Assembly (NCBI RefSeq): GCF_009914755.1
Contig: NC_060936.1
DNA: 64,000 bases
Source of the DNA: the human T2T-CHM13v2.0 reference genome, Homo sapiens
Strand: one strand, 5' to 3'
Shown: piece after piece, positions 1 through 14,096 of the stretch
Numbering within the stretch: the first letter of the stretch is position 1
Layout of the letters: every line of letters begins with the position of its first letter
The notes under the pieces: model-generated
Told to the model about the DNA's origin: nothing
What the model saw: only the letters and a program-made list of their open reading frames with translations
The model's database searches: none
Translations under genes and position numbers: made by a program

Positions 1-175
1 TTGTGGGGTGGGGGGACGGGGGAGGGATAGCATTAGGAGATATACCTAATGCTAAATGACGAGTTAATGGGTGCAGCACACCAGCATGGCACATGTATAC
101 ATATGTAACTAAGCTGCACATTGTGCACATGTACTCTAAAACTTAAAGTACAATAATATTAATAATTAAAAAAAA
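1..175 (+). mobile_element. LINE-1 3' end (L1PA3/PA4-like), cut by window edge
   Basis: G-rich 3'UTR, then gatatacctaatgctaaatgacgagttaatgggtgcagcacaccagcatggcac...aaacttaaagta and an A-rich tail. GAG rather than ACA at the L1HS-Ta diagnostic site. Confidence 0.93.
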
Positions 176-2275
176 TATTTGTTCAGCATGTAATAAGAAA
201 TTTATGGCATTTATGGAGAATCAGATGTGTGGTAGTATAAGAGTCAAAGGGCTATTTGAATAATTAAGTTTGCTTAAAGGGAAGCTCTAGGGCTATGGAA
301 ATATCCATTATCAAACAAAAAAAAAATCCGTTCCAAATTCTGCAACTCCCATTTGAGGCAATAAATAATAATTGCACTCATCTATTGTATTGCTAAGTGT
401 TGCTGCTTTATATTCCCCTTTCACTGAGGCAACTCAAAGACTTAAGATGCTTATAGATATAACCAAGAGAAAAGAAAAGCTCCGGAGAGTATAACAAGGT
501 TCAAAATTGAAGAAAAAACTTTGAAGAGAGATTTTTTGTTTTTTTGTTTTAGGAGAATAGAAGAGGTAAGTCACCACTTCAATTACAGTTTATTCAGTAC
601 TTGGATATTCTAACAATTTAAACAAGATGTGACATAATGCTTACCTAAGTCTATTTTCTCCCTACCATGCTTAGCTCTAAATAATCAACTTACCACAGGG
701 AAAATCTGATCTGAATTTAGAGAGGGTTCTTATATCCCTTACACACAGTTATGATAGAGGTACGGAATAACAACCATAATTTGGCAAGTACCTGTATTTG
801 CTATGAGCAGCTACGGTGCAATTCTTGAAATCATCTATAACCCACATAATCATGGGGTCCAACTGACTATAAAAATAGATACACTTTGTGAAATATTATT
901 CATGAGCTATTAACCACAAATGCACATATGTTGTAATTAATATTTATCAGCTATGGAAAAATCAGTAGGCAGTATTTTGGTTCAAATTTAAATAAATTCT
1001 TTTTAAATGCAACTAAGTCATGCTTGGAAGAGCAAAATGTTCTGTATGGAGTGCTAACTCTGTGTCACACACTGTTCTATGATGATAATCTATTGTGAAC
1101 ATTTTTTTATAGGAGTAAGTACAATTTTAAACAAAATCATTGTTATTTTTTTCCTGCTATTAAATTGTATAGATGTAATTTATGCCATTTAACAATTTTT
1201 CTCTCTTGGAAAGTTAGGTAGGTGGTTTCTAATTTTATCATATTATAACAAAGTTCTTTTGAGTATTCTCAGGAGGAAAAAAATAGTTTCTTTTATACCT
1301 GGATGGAGAGGTATGGGGCAATTCCTAGGAGTGAATTTGTTATAACAAAGATTGTGTGCATTAAAAAAAATTATAGGTATTAGAAAATTTTCCTTAAAAA
1401 AACCTTTATCACTTTTCTAGCCACATGACTGATGATATTACGTTCTACTCATGTCTAAGGAAGTGTCTCTCTGAAAAGGATTTAAGCGTAAATTTCCCAA
1501 TTTACACTCACCAGACCTAGTAGAATTGTTTACTCAAAACCAATTTGCTGAGTAAGTATTTTAAATAAATTCCTTATACTTGAATTACAGTGTGGCAATT
1601 TTATACTCTGTTCTTCCTTTCCTTCCTACCACCTCATATATCAACCTTATTTTCTATATATGTGCCAGTCTTCTCTATTAGAAAATAAAATCCTGCCTTT
1701 TATCCTGAGTGTTTTATTCACCTTTATTTTCCTTTCAGCTCCTAGCACAATGTTTTAAAAATTCTAACTACTCAGCAGGTGTTTGCTGAATAAAAATTAG
1801 CCATGGAAAATACATACATACACTGTATGTATATATTTATATATATCCATATCCAACATATCAATGTGGATATATGTGTGTTCATTTACATGTCAACATA
1901 TAAACTGATATAACAGTTTATAAATTCATATGCATATTCATATATAATTTAATACTAGAGCGATATTTCCTTTCTCAGTTGCATGCCAAATATTTTAAGC
2001 AGATACTGAGTTTCAAATCTAAGAATGCTAAACAGAAATGACATCTTTGTTTTAGGGGATCTTTTTTCTGAATTTGCAAAGACAATGCCACCTTAGATGT
2101 TTCTATCTCTAGAGGAGGCAAATTTAGATAAAAAGAAAAAGAAAACCCTAGAGTGTTCCATTAAATGAAATAAGTTTGGTGGCAATAAATTCACTGAAAG
2201 TGTAATGCAGACCATTTCATGCTAAACACCCAATACAGATTTTGCCTTCGTGTAAATTTTGCTGGCTCTGCATAC

Positions 2276-2409
2276 CTGGATAGAAACTGATAGTAACTTC
2301 CTAGCATCATCTTCTGGGCTTGCTTGGAGAACAGCTGTGATTTTTCTACTATTACAGCTGATGGTTGACAGCTAATCCTAATGGGAAAGCAATGCCACAT
2401 TTGCTAATC
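2276..2409 (-). other. Candidate 134-nt spliced exon, probably non-coding or 5'UTR-like
   Basis: Minus strand has acceptor ttttgcttctcttttag|G and donor CCAG|GTATGC in sequence with no recognised repeat. All three frames contain a stop. No transcript evidence. Confidence 0.35.
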
Positions 2410-2998
2410 CTAAAAGAGAAGCAAAACCACTTTCACTTTCAATCTGAAAATCCAGAATCAGATGAGTTTTTTTTTAAACGAGATGCCACTCTCAATTTTA
2501 TCCCAGTAAATATAAGATTGTGTATGTTTATCTGTGAACATAAATATTTCAAGTCACTTGCTGTGTTTAAGAATGTATTTGAAGTTATTTTCCCCCATAT
2601 TATTTAAATGACAGCCATTTTCACAAGTTTATTTAAAAGTCCCACAAAATATATCACAAACTATTAGAAAAGTGACAACTATTTCTAAACTACCAATTTA
2701 TTTTTTCTTAAAATTTTAGGTTACATTATGCTGCTTAAAATTCAAATTAATAAATATAAATTCATATATTGTTTTCAAAATTGGGTTTACAAGAAGAAGA
2801 CAGTATTAGGAACTAGATAGCTAATTTATATACTTATTGATAAAAAGTCATTGGCAACTAAGATTTAACAATATTTTATATGTTAGGAAACATTTTATCA
2901 TATATATCATGGAGAAATCCACAAATAAGTTCTATTTTTATTAGAATATACATTTTGGCTTTGCAGATGATGTCACCTTCATTATGAAAGGATTGAGT

Positions 2999-3190
2999 CA
3001 GGTGTGTGGTAGAGCTGACTCACACTGGCCTAGCACTAGAGCTGATTATTAAACTTTCAAGTATTTTACCAGACAGTTGGTAGCTTAAAATGGGCCACAT
3101 TGGGAGTATTTACACCATGGAAGTTGGCAAACAATACAATTCCACTCCACTCAACCCATACCATTGTAAACGTTTATCAGGACACCACTG
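2999..3190 (+). mobile_element. MER63-like hAT DNA transposon relic
   Basis: ggtagcttaaaatgggccacattgggagtatttacaccatggaagttggcaaac and terminal ...acaccactg resemble MER63. Confidence 0.65.
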
Positions 3191-4077
3191 GGTTGGAATT
3201 TGTTCTATAATCCTTGCTATTCACAAAATTCTAGAATTTATTTTCTTCTGATTTCTTCAAATATACAATAGTTACTATCCCAGAACTAGTGGAATTGAGA
3301 TTTAAATACAAGCTTACCTATTAAAAAGTAGTCATTTCGACTATACTTTTATTTCTTTTCTTTTTTTCAGTTCTTTCTTTATGATTTTATACTTTTTTTT
3401 TCAACTTTCATATTAGATTCAGGAGACACATGTGCAGGATTTTTACTTGGGCATATTGTGCTACTAATGCTGAGGGTGTGAATGATCCTGTCAGCCTAAT
3501 ACCAAGCATAGTATCCAATAGGGCAGTTTTTCAAACCTTGCCCACTCCCTACCGCCACCATCTAGTAGTCCCCGGTTTCTAGTGTTGCTGTCGTTATGTC
3601 AATGAGTACCTACTGTTTAGATCCCACTTATAAGTGAAAACACATAGCATTTGGTTTTCTGTTTCTGTGTTAGTTTGTTTAGGGTAATGGCCTCCAGTTT
3701 CATCTGTGTTGCTGCAAAGGAAATAACTTCATTTTTATGGCTGTGTAATATTCCATAGGGTATATAGACCACATTTTCTTTCTCTAATTCACCATTGATG
3801 AGCACCTAGGTTGATTCTTTTCCTTTGCTATTGTGAATAGTGCTGTGATGAAAATGTGACTGCATGTGTCTTTTTGGTTAAAAGGATTGTTTTCTTTTGG
3901 GTACATACCCAATAACGAGATTGCTGGGTTTAATAGTAATTCTGTTTTAAGTTCTTTGAGAAATCTCCAAACTGCTTTTCACAGTGGCTGAAGCAATTTA
4001 CATTCTTACTAACAGTGTATAAGCATTTCCTTTTCTCCACAGCCTTGCCAACGTCTGTCGTCACTGTTGTTTATGAA

Positions 4078-4211
4078 TTTTTTTTTTTTTTTTTGAGACA
4101 GAGTCTCACTCTGTTGCCCAGCCTGGAGTACAGTGGCACAATCTCGGCTCACTGCAAGCTCCTCCTCCGGGGTTCATGCCATTCCAAAGTGCTTGGGTTA
4201 CCATACCCAGC
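4078..4211 (-). mobile_element. Internally deleted AluY-like element within L1
   Basis: Poly-T plus gagacagagtctc...caagctcc...gccattc joined directly to caaagtgcttgg. Confidence 0.85.
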
Positions 4212-5040
4212 AGTTTTTGACTTTTTAATAATAGCCATTCTGACTGGTGTGAGATAGTATCTCATTTTGGTTTTAATTTGCATTTCTCTGATGATTACTA
4301 ATGTGGCATGCTCTTTCATATATGTGTTGGCCACTTTTTTGTCTTCTTTTGAGATGTGTGTGTTCATGCCTTTTGCCCACATTTAATGGTGGTGTTTTTT
4401 GCTTGTTGAATTGTTCAAATTTCTTATAGATGCTAGACATTAGACCTTTGTTGCATGCATGGTTTCTAAATATTTTCTCTCATGCTTTAGGTTGTCTGTT
4501 TACTTTGTAGATTGTTTTTGTTCAGAAGCTCTTTAGTTTAATTAGGTCTCACTTGTCAATTTTTGTTTTTGTTGGAATTGCTTCTGAGGACTCACTCATG
4601 TATTGTTTCCCAAGGCCAGTGTCTAGAATGGTGTTTCCTAGATTTTCTTTCTTTTATGATTCTGATAGTTTGAGGTTTTATATTAAAATATTTAATTCAT
4701 ATTGAGTTAATTTTTGTATATGATGTAAGGTAGAGGTCTAATTTTATTTGTCTGCCTGTGGTTAGCCAATTATCCCAGTGCAATTTACCGAATAGAGAGT
4801 CCTTTCCCCATTGCTTTGTCAACTTTGTCAAAGATCAGATAGCTGTAGGTGTGTGGGTTTGTTTCTGTGTTCTCTATGCTGTTCCATTAGTTTATGTGTC
4901 TGTTTTTATATAAGTACTATGCTGTTTTGGTTACTGTAACCTTATAGTATAGTTTCAAATTGGGTAATTTTCAATTTCTAGCTTTTGTTATTTTTGTTTA
5001 GGATTGCTTTGGCTATTTGGAATCATTTTTGGTTCCATAA

Positions 5041-5357
<317 letters not shown>

Positions 5358-5591
5358 TTAAAATAGCTTTTTCTAGTTATGTGAAAGTAATATTGGTAGC
5401 TTTATAAGAATAGTGTTGAATCTGCAGATTGTTTTGAGCAGTATGGAAATTTCAATGATATTGATTCTTCCAATGCGTAATCATGGAATGTTTTTTCCAT
5501 TTGTTTGTGTCATCTCTGATTTCTTGCAGCAGTGTTCTGTAGTTCTCCTTGTAGAGATCTTCCACCTCCTTGGTTAGATGTATTCCTATGG

Positions 5592-5592
<1 letters not shown>

Positions 5593-5629
<37 letters not shown>
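5593..5629. repeat. (TG)n microsatellite, about 18 units
   Basis: Uninterrupted TG run. Confidence 0.97.
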
Positions 5630-5630
<1 letters not shown>

Positions 5631-8600
5631 TATTGTAAATTGAACTGCATTCTTGATTTAGCTCTCAGCTTTAACATTATTGGTGTATAGACATGTTACT
5701 GATTCTTGTACATTGATTTTCTATCCTGAAACTTTTCTGAAGTCTTTTATTATTTCCAGTACTCTTCTAGTGGAGTCTTTAGGGTTTTCTATGTAACATT
5801 CATGAAGAGAGATAGATTAAGTTCTTCTTTTGCTATTTGGATGTCTGCTATTTCTTTCTTTGCCTGACTGCTCTGGCTAGCACTTCCAGTACTATGCTGA
5901 CTAGGAGTGGTGAGAATGGCACCCTTGTTTTCTTCTAGTTCTCAAGGTTCCAAGTTTTGCCTGTTCAGTCTAATATTGGCTGTGGGTTTGTTATAGATGG
6001 CTCTTATTATTTTAAGGTATGTTCTCTTGATGCCTGGTTTCTTGAGGGTTTTTATATAGAAAGGATGTTGGATTTTATCAAATCATTTTCTACATCTAAT
6101 GTGATAATCTTATGTTTTTTGTTAATCCTATTTATGTCGTGAATCACACTTAATGATTTGCTTATGTTACGACAGCCTTCCAGTCCAGGAATGAAGGCTA
6201 CTTTACTGTGGTGAATTAACTCTTTGGTATGCTCTTGAATTCCATTTACTAGTGTTTTGTTGATGATTTTTGCATCTACGTTCATCAATCAGGGACATTG
6301 GCCTGTGGTTTTCCTTTTTCAATATATCTTTTCCAGGTTTGGTATCAGGATGATGTTGGCTTTGTAGAATGAGTTAGAGAGAAGTTCTTCATCTTCGTTT
6401 TGTTGGAAAAATCAGTAGAATTTTTTACTGAATTCTACTGAATTTTTTACTGAATTGTAACAATTCAGTAGAATTGGTACCGGCTCTTCTTTGTATGTCT
6501 GGAAGAATTTGGCTGTGCATCCATCTAGTCTGAGGCTTTTTTTTTTTATTGGTAAGCTTTTTATTACTTATTCTGTTTCAGAATTCAATATTGGTCTATT
6601 CAGTGTTTCAGTTTCTTTTTGATACAATCTTGGGAGGTGTGTTTCCAGAAATTTATACATTTCCTCTAGATTTTCTAGTTCGTATGCATGTAGGTGTACG
6701 TAAAAGTTTCTGAGGATCTTTTGTATTTCTCTGGGATCAGTTGTAATGTCACCTTTGTCATTTAAGCACCTTTGTCATTGTGCTTATTTGAAACTTTTCT
6801 TATTTCATTTTCTTTGTTAATCTATCTAGAAGTCTATCAATCTCATTTATCCTTTCAAATTTTCAACTTTTGGTTTCATTGATTTTTTGTATGTATTTGT
6901 GTGTCTCAATTTCAGTCAGTGCTACCTTGATTTTAGTTATTTCTTTTCTTCTGCCAGCTTTGAGTTTAGACTGTTTTTGTTTTTCTAGTTTCTTTAGGTA
7001 TAATGAGAGATCACTAATATGAGATCTTTCTAACTTTTTAAGGTAGGTATTTAGAGCTATAAACTTTCCTGTTAACACTGCTTTTCCAGCATCCCAGACA
7101 TTTTACTATATTGAGTCTCTGTTTTCATCTATTTTAAATAATTTTCTGATTTCTGCCTTAATTTTGTTGTTTACCCAAAAGTCATTCAGAAGCAAGTTTT
7201 TTAATTTCTGTATGATTATGTGGTTTTGAGAGACTTTCTTGGTATTAATTTCTATTCATATTCCATTGTGGTCAGAGAATATGGTTGGTATGATTCCAAT
7301 TATTTAAAATTTATTGAGAATTGCTTTAGGGTGAGCTTGTGGTCAGTCTTGGAGTATGTTCCATGTGCAGGTGATATGAATGCATATTCTGTGGTTGATA
7401 GGTAGAGTATTCTATAGTTGTCTATAAGTTCTAATTGATCAAGTGTCAAGTTTAAGTCCAGAATTTCTTAGTTTCCTGCCTCTATGACCTGTCTAATGCC
7501 ATAAGTGTTGAAGTCCTTTTCTATTATTGTGTGGCTAAGTCTTTTTGTAGGTCTAGAAGTTCTTATTTTATGAATCCAGGTGCTCCAATGTTGGCTGCAT
7601 ATATATTTAGGATTGTTAAGTCTTCTTGTTGCATTAAACCCTTTATCAGTATGTAGTGCTCTCTTTGTCCTTTTTTACTGTTATTTGTTTAAAGTCTGTT
7701 TATCTGATATGAGAATATTGACCCCTGCTCTTTTGTATTTTCTGTTTTCATGATAGATCTATCTCCAACCCTTTGCTTTGAGCCTATGGGCATTTTTAAA
7801 TGTGAGATAGGTGTCTTGAAGATAGCAGATGAATGGGCCTTGTTTTTTTTAATTCAACTTGCCACTCCATGCCTTTGAAGTGGGGGTGTTTAGAACATTT
7901 ACATTCAAGGTTTATATTGATATGTAAGGCTTCGATCTTATCATGAAGTTGTTAGCTGTTTGCTTTGTAATTTCCATTGCGTGGTTGCGTTACACCATCT
8001 GTAGGATATGTATTTAAGTGTATTTTTCTGGTAGCAGGTATTATTCTTTCATTCTTATGTTTAGAACTCTCTTATGAATTCTTGTAAGACTTGTCTAGTG
8101 GTAACAAATTCCCGTGGACTTACTTGTGTAGAAAAGCTTTTATTTCTCCTTTGCCTTTAGAGCTTAGTTTGGCAAGATATAAAATTCTTGGTTGAAATTT
8201 CTTTTCTTTAAGAATGCTGAAAATAGGCCCCCAGTCTCTCCTGGCTTTTAGATTTCTGTTGAGAAGTCCACTGTTAGCCTGATGGAGTTCCTTCTGTATG
8301 TAATTTGACCATTTTCAATAGCCACCTTTAAGATTTTTTCTTAAAAGAAAAAATCTTAGACCTTGGACCTTGGACACTCTGCTAACTATATGCCTTGGTG
8401 ATGTTCATGTTGTATAGTATCTCTCACGTGTTCTCTGGATATTTTTGTATCTGGATCTCTACATGTCTGGCAAGATTAGAAAATTTTTCTTTAATTATTT
8501 CCTAAAATATATTTTCCAGGTTATTTACTTTTTGTCCTTCTCTCTCAGGAATGCCAATAATTTGTAGGTTTGGTCACTTTATATCATCTCACATTTCTCA

Positions 8601-9619
8601 AAACGTTTGTGCATTCTTAAAAGTTCTTTTTGCTTCATTTTTTTCTGGGTTAGTTTGAAAGTCTGGTCTTCGCGCTCTGATATTATTTCTTCTGCTTGTT
8701 CTAGTCTATTGATAAAGCTTTCAACTGTATTTTGAAATTTCTCAAGTGAGTTTTTCAACTGTGATTGATTTCTTTTCAAAATGTTTATCTCATCTTTCAT
8801 TTCTTGGATTGCTTTAGAAGTTTCTTTGTGATTTGCAAGTTTGTCTTGCATATGGTTGAGCTTCCTTGCAACCCACACTTTGAATTATTTATCTGTTATT
8901 TCTGAGTTTCCATTCTCATTAGCAACCATTGCTGGAGAGCTAGTGTGATCCTTTGGTAGTGTCACCACATTTGTATTTTTCATTGTGCCAAGATTCTTGC
9001 CCTGGTTTCTTCTCATCTGGGGATGCTGGCACTTGTAATTTTTATAATTATTTTCATATGGGCAGAATTTTTCTTTGTCTTTCTTTTCCCTACAGTATTG
9101 TTTATCTTTCACTTTCCCTTCCTCCCCCACTTCCCAACTAGGGAGTACAACTGTAGAGAATGCTGGGCAGGGTCTTTTGGCTTTGCTTCTCTAGCCTTAT
9201 GAACTTACGTCTGCAGGTTTACACTGGGCTGTGCACTTTGACCTATGAGCCATTAGTTGGTGCTTATAGGGAGGAACTGGCTGTAGCCAACATGGCTGTA
9301 TATATATTTGAACCTAGTTTACCGGCATAAACTCTTTTTTCCTCGGGCACTGGGATGATGCATGAAATACACAGGGTTCTGGGCTTCCTCCTCAGCTCTA
9401 GGGGTCTGGGGACTGTGATGGGTAAGGCTGGACTGGGCAGGTTTGCCTACAAGTCCCCTGATGGAAGGCACAAGCACCAGTGCCAAAGGAAAATCCACAG
9501 GTGACCACCAAGCACCCAGAAGTGAGCCTAGGCATGGATCTGAGTAACCTCGTTGGCCCCAAGTTGTCTGTATGAGGATGAGGGTGGCTTAAATTCTAAT
9601 CCAACAGAGTGTGAGCTCC

Positions 9620-10115
9620 AGATTCCTGGAGGTGGGCCTGGACATAGAGTGGAGAGGGCTCTCCTGCACCAAGGTATTTGCACAGGAGAGGAGAGGCAAC
9701 TCAGGCTGCTGAACTAGTCAAGCAGGTGCCATGAATGCCTGAAAATATACCTTGGCGTGTAACAGAGAGGGCTCCCTTGCACCAGGATCTCTGTATAGGA
9801 GGGATGGGGTGACTCAGGCTGCTGAATCAGGTAAGCAGGTGATCTGACTGCCTGGAGATCTGCCTGGGCATGGAGTAGAGAGAATCTTGTTCACAATCTA
9901 TGTCCAGGATGAGTGGGGTGGCTCAGGCTGCTGACACAAATGAGCAGTTGCTCTGAATATCTGGAGATGTACCTGGGCATGAAGCAGAGAGCACCCCATT
10001 CCACCACAATCATGTCCAGGAAGTGTGAGGTGGTCCAGGAAAGTGGGTGCTCCTAATGCCTGGATTTATGCTTGGGGGTGGAGTAGAGTGGGCCCTGCTA
10101 CAACATGATCTCAGA
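9620..10115 (-). repeat. Degenerate ~110-bp tandem array (4-5 units) in the L1 5'UTR
   Basis: ctcaggctgctga recurs at about 9700, 9813 and 9922. cctgga-like cores at about 9625, 9738, 9851, 9960 and 10059. Confidence 0.8.
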
Positions 10116-11548
10116 AGAGCAGGCTTGGGCACCCAACTATGGCAAATGCAGATCAGTTCCAGGTCACTAAGGTGGTCCTGGTTGCAAGTCCTGTTGACCT
10201 GAAAATACTGCAACTGTAGCAGCCCTCCTCCCACCCCAGGCCTGCAACTGAGGAGAGCATAATCCCATACCTACTTCTGATGGGATTTCCACAATTCTGG
10301 CTATGGAGGCCCCTATTCCACTCCAGAGCAGTTACTTCAATCTCTGGCCTGAGACTGAAATATCTACATGGCCACACAAGACTAAAATATCTCCATGGCC
10401 ACACTGCTGGGTTGCCTTTCTTATGTGCATACATTAAAAATGGCATCCTGCTCTCAGTACCTGGTCTGGAAAAATGTTTGCAGCTTTTCCTCTTGTCCTT
10501 CCCTCACAGCATCTCCAACCCTGTCTTCAAGTTAGCTTCATGGCTTGAGAGAAACAACGTGCTCTCCTTCTGCCTGAGTTGCTTGGATCCCCAGTGGAAA
10601 AATGAGTGACAGAGGGAGTGACTGCTCACATACTAGGGCATCACTTACTTTTATCACCCAGACACCATCACAGGAGCTGTTTGCTGGGGTTCTCCTCCCT
10701 GTGATCTTGGGTATCCTTCACAGTTCAAGTGGATTCCCATTTTCCTTCTTGAATTAAAGTTCACAGAGTTGATCTTTCCATACTATCTTGCCATTTCCAA
10801 GTGGCTGAGGCATACTAAAACCTCTAATCTGCCATCTTGGAAAAAAAAATCTGTACTGCTATTTCTTATACCAATGAGGAATAAGTTTTACAAGTTTTGG
10901 GCTACTGGCTGAAGACTCAATGGCACAAAAGGGTTTCTACTGTCATGGATATCTTAGTCTAAGTGTGTTCATATTTTTCTCCTTTTTATTATGAAGAGGC
11001 AAAAAATATATAAATAAATATTCAGTGATGCTCAAAATAGTTATTATTAAATATTTGATTGAGAACATACAATCTTACTTAAATAATGTTATGTAGTATA
11101 GATATGATATTCCTGGTCTTCAGTTTCAAAACTTATTTTTAAAATGAGAAAATTTAAACTAGATGATTATATCTAAAGTTTCTTCTATCAGCAAAAGTCT
11201 ATAGTTCTTTGGGTCAGATTGATATTTACAACACCCTGAATATACCTTTAGCATTCTTATACATTTTGGATGCTTTATTAATGATGCCTATGTTTTAATT
11301 CTGCATATATTGACCTATTGTCAGTGGGGAAGATATTTGTTTAGATACATTATACAAAATTAGAAGTCTAGGACTTTTGTAGAAGCTTGTCTGCAACACT
11401 ACTGCCTAAAATAAGACAAAACTGTTAGCTGTTTAAACTGGACTGGCCTATTCTTAGAACAGAGAGACCATTTCAATGGCTTGTAAGCCAATTCATCATC
11501 CCAGTTTCTGGACTGTAAAACTTCTTGGGCGAGTTTCAAACCAGGGAA

Positions 11549-12207
11549 TGTTGGAGCTCAGAAAATAATACACCATAATGAAGGCATTAGAAGCAGCCTA
11601 AAAGCAAAAGTTTCTCCTTTACCTTCTCCTGCCTTCCTGTCTCTCACATCCTGTTCTCCCCAAGGCCAGCCATAGATACTGGAATCTCTCTTTCCCAAGA
11701 TGTGTAGCAGAAACCAGAATGTTTTTTCCTCAGTCATCCATAAAACCTGAAAATATCACTTTAACTTTTTTTCACCTTTCTGTGTAAAAAATGGACATAA
11801 AGAAATTCTCTGACTTACCTTGTTTGACTGTAGGTCATAAGATCAACATTCTAGAGAGGATCCTGTCCCGCTCTCAGAGGAAGGAATTCTGGAATGCTGC
11901 ACAGAAAAGCCAAAAGGAATCTAAACAGAGGTCTTGCTGGCTTTCCCCGCTCAGTCTATTAACATTAGCTCATACCCTTTTTGTCCAATCATATTTCTAC
12001 ACTGCTGTCCATACTTCATTGAACCTAAGCATAAAAATAGATAATTTTCCTTGTATCTTTGGGTCTTTATTCTGAACATTCCCATGTTACATAAAAAATG
12101 ATCAAATACATTTGTTATGTTTTTCTCTTGTTAACCTGTTTTCTATTATAGGAGTGTAGCCATGATCCTTATGATGGAGATGAAAGTGATCACACTCAGC
12201 CCCTATA
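11549..12207 (+). mobile_element. ERV1 solo LTR, MER39-like
   Basis: Starts tgttggagctcagaaaataatac, has internal ccaatcatatttctacac and cataaaaat, ends gcccctata. No TSD seen. Confidence 0.8.
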
Positions 12208-12415
12208 CTTGTGAACTTGAGTATCAGTTATATTGATAAGAATGAATTACATTTAAAGACATATATATTCGAGTTTAAGAAAACTATATATATAATGTAT
12301 TACTTTAGATGTTGATACCCACAGAAAAGAGCTTCAATAAGTTAAAAAATTTTGTAAAGGCTCTGAAGTTAATAACACTTCAAAGTTGAAAAGCTGTCTA
12401 CTCCTAGTGGCATAG

Positions 12416-12720
<305 letters not shown>

Positions 12721-13237
12721 TCTTTCATTTTACAGTATGTACAAACTTTAGAATGATCACATTTGGATACAAACCAAAAATTATTTGGTTAAATACTTGA
12801 TTTTCTAAAATTGATAGGTAAATATAATTGCTTTCTAAAGTGTACTTTAATGCTTTTAAAAATATAAACCTTTAATTGGAGAGTGAAAAAACATTGTCCA
12901 GAACTGTTTTTTCACTTAGTCAGAGTACACATACTTTTGAAAAGCATGTTAAGTCTACTTCAAGGTTTCAACAGAGTTCTTTTCAATTATTTTAAATTTA
13001 ATCACCACATTACATAATATTAATCTTACACAAAATATAGAAATTATGACAGATTTAAATAAAAAATAGCTCCTAGATATAAAATCTAATTCTGCCTCCC
13101 TGAGTTCCTCCCTCAAAGATGACTTAAATAGGTGGCCCACTTTGAGTGGAATATAATATTGTCCACGGCTGCCAATCCCCAGAACATGTACATTAAAAAT
13201 CAAATCACTGCTGAATTTGAGATTCTGACCAGCCTAA

Positions 13238-13588
<351 letters not shown>

Positions 13589-13961
13589 TATCTATTAATT
13601 TTTAAACTTAAATTAAGCTCCTTTCTTTACCTCCTGTCCTGCTTTTACTGTTTGTTAATTGATGTGACATTACTGTTCCTCCTGCTGTTTTCCAAGAAGG
13701 GAAGCTATTAACATATTCTAGTTTCCATAGAAACAAGTTTTGTCCACTGTTGATGGTTGAGCATATATTTGCTTATAAGTTAACTTTTATCTATGTCCTT
13801 ATAAAGTTAGCTTAGAATACTTGCTTCTCTTTAGAGGAAACTTTTTTGAGTATTTTTAGTTTACAGATCTTGTAATAATATGAAATTGCTAAGAAGTTAA
13901 TAAAGCCTTCAAGATTCAGATGCTACCATTCCCATAGATCAAATTTATCAGTATAGTTACT

Positions 13962-14096
13962 ATATGAGATTAATATGCACTCATATTTAAATTAGGTGGG
14001 CATTTGGATATAAATTCCAGCTAATTTGTTATAATATGAGAATAATATGCACTCATATTTAAATAAGGTGGTCATTTGGATATAAATTCCAGCTAA
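13962..14096. repeat. Two-copy tandem duplication, period 72 bp
   Basis: atatgag..taatatgcactcatatttaaat..ggtgg.catttggatataaattccagctaa at 13962 and 14034 with few differences. Confidence 0.92.

Noticed and set aside
1-30. G-quadruplex-like G runs
   Set aside because: Standard L1 3'UTR polypurine tract.
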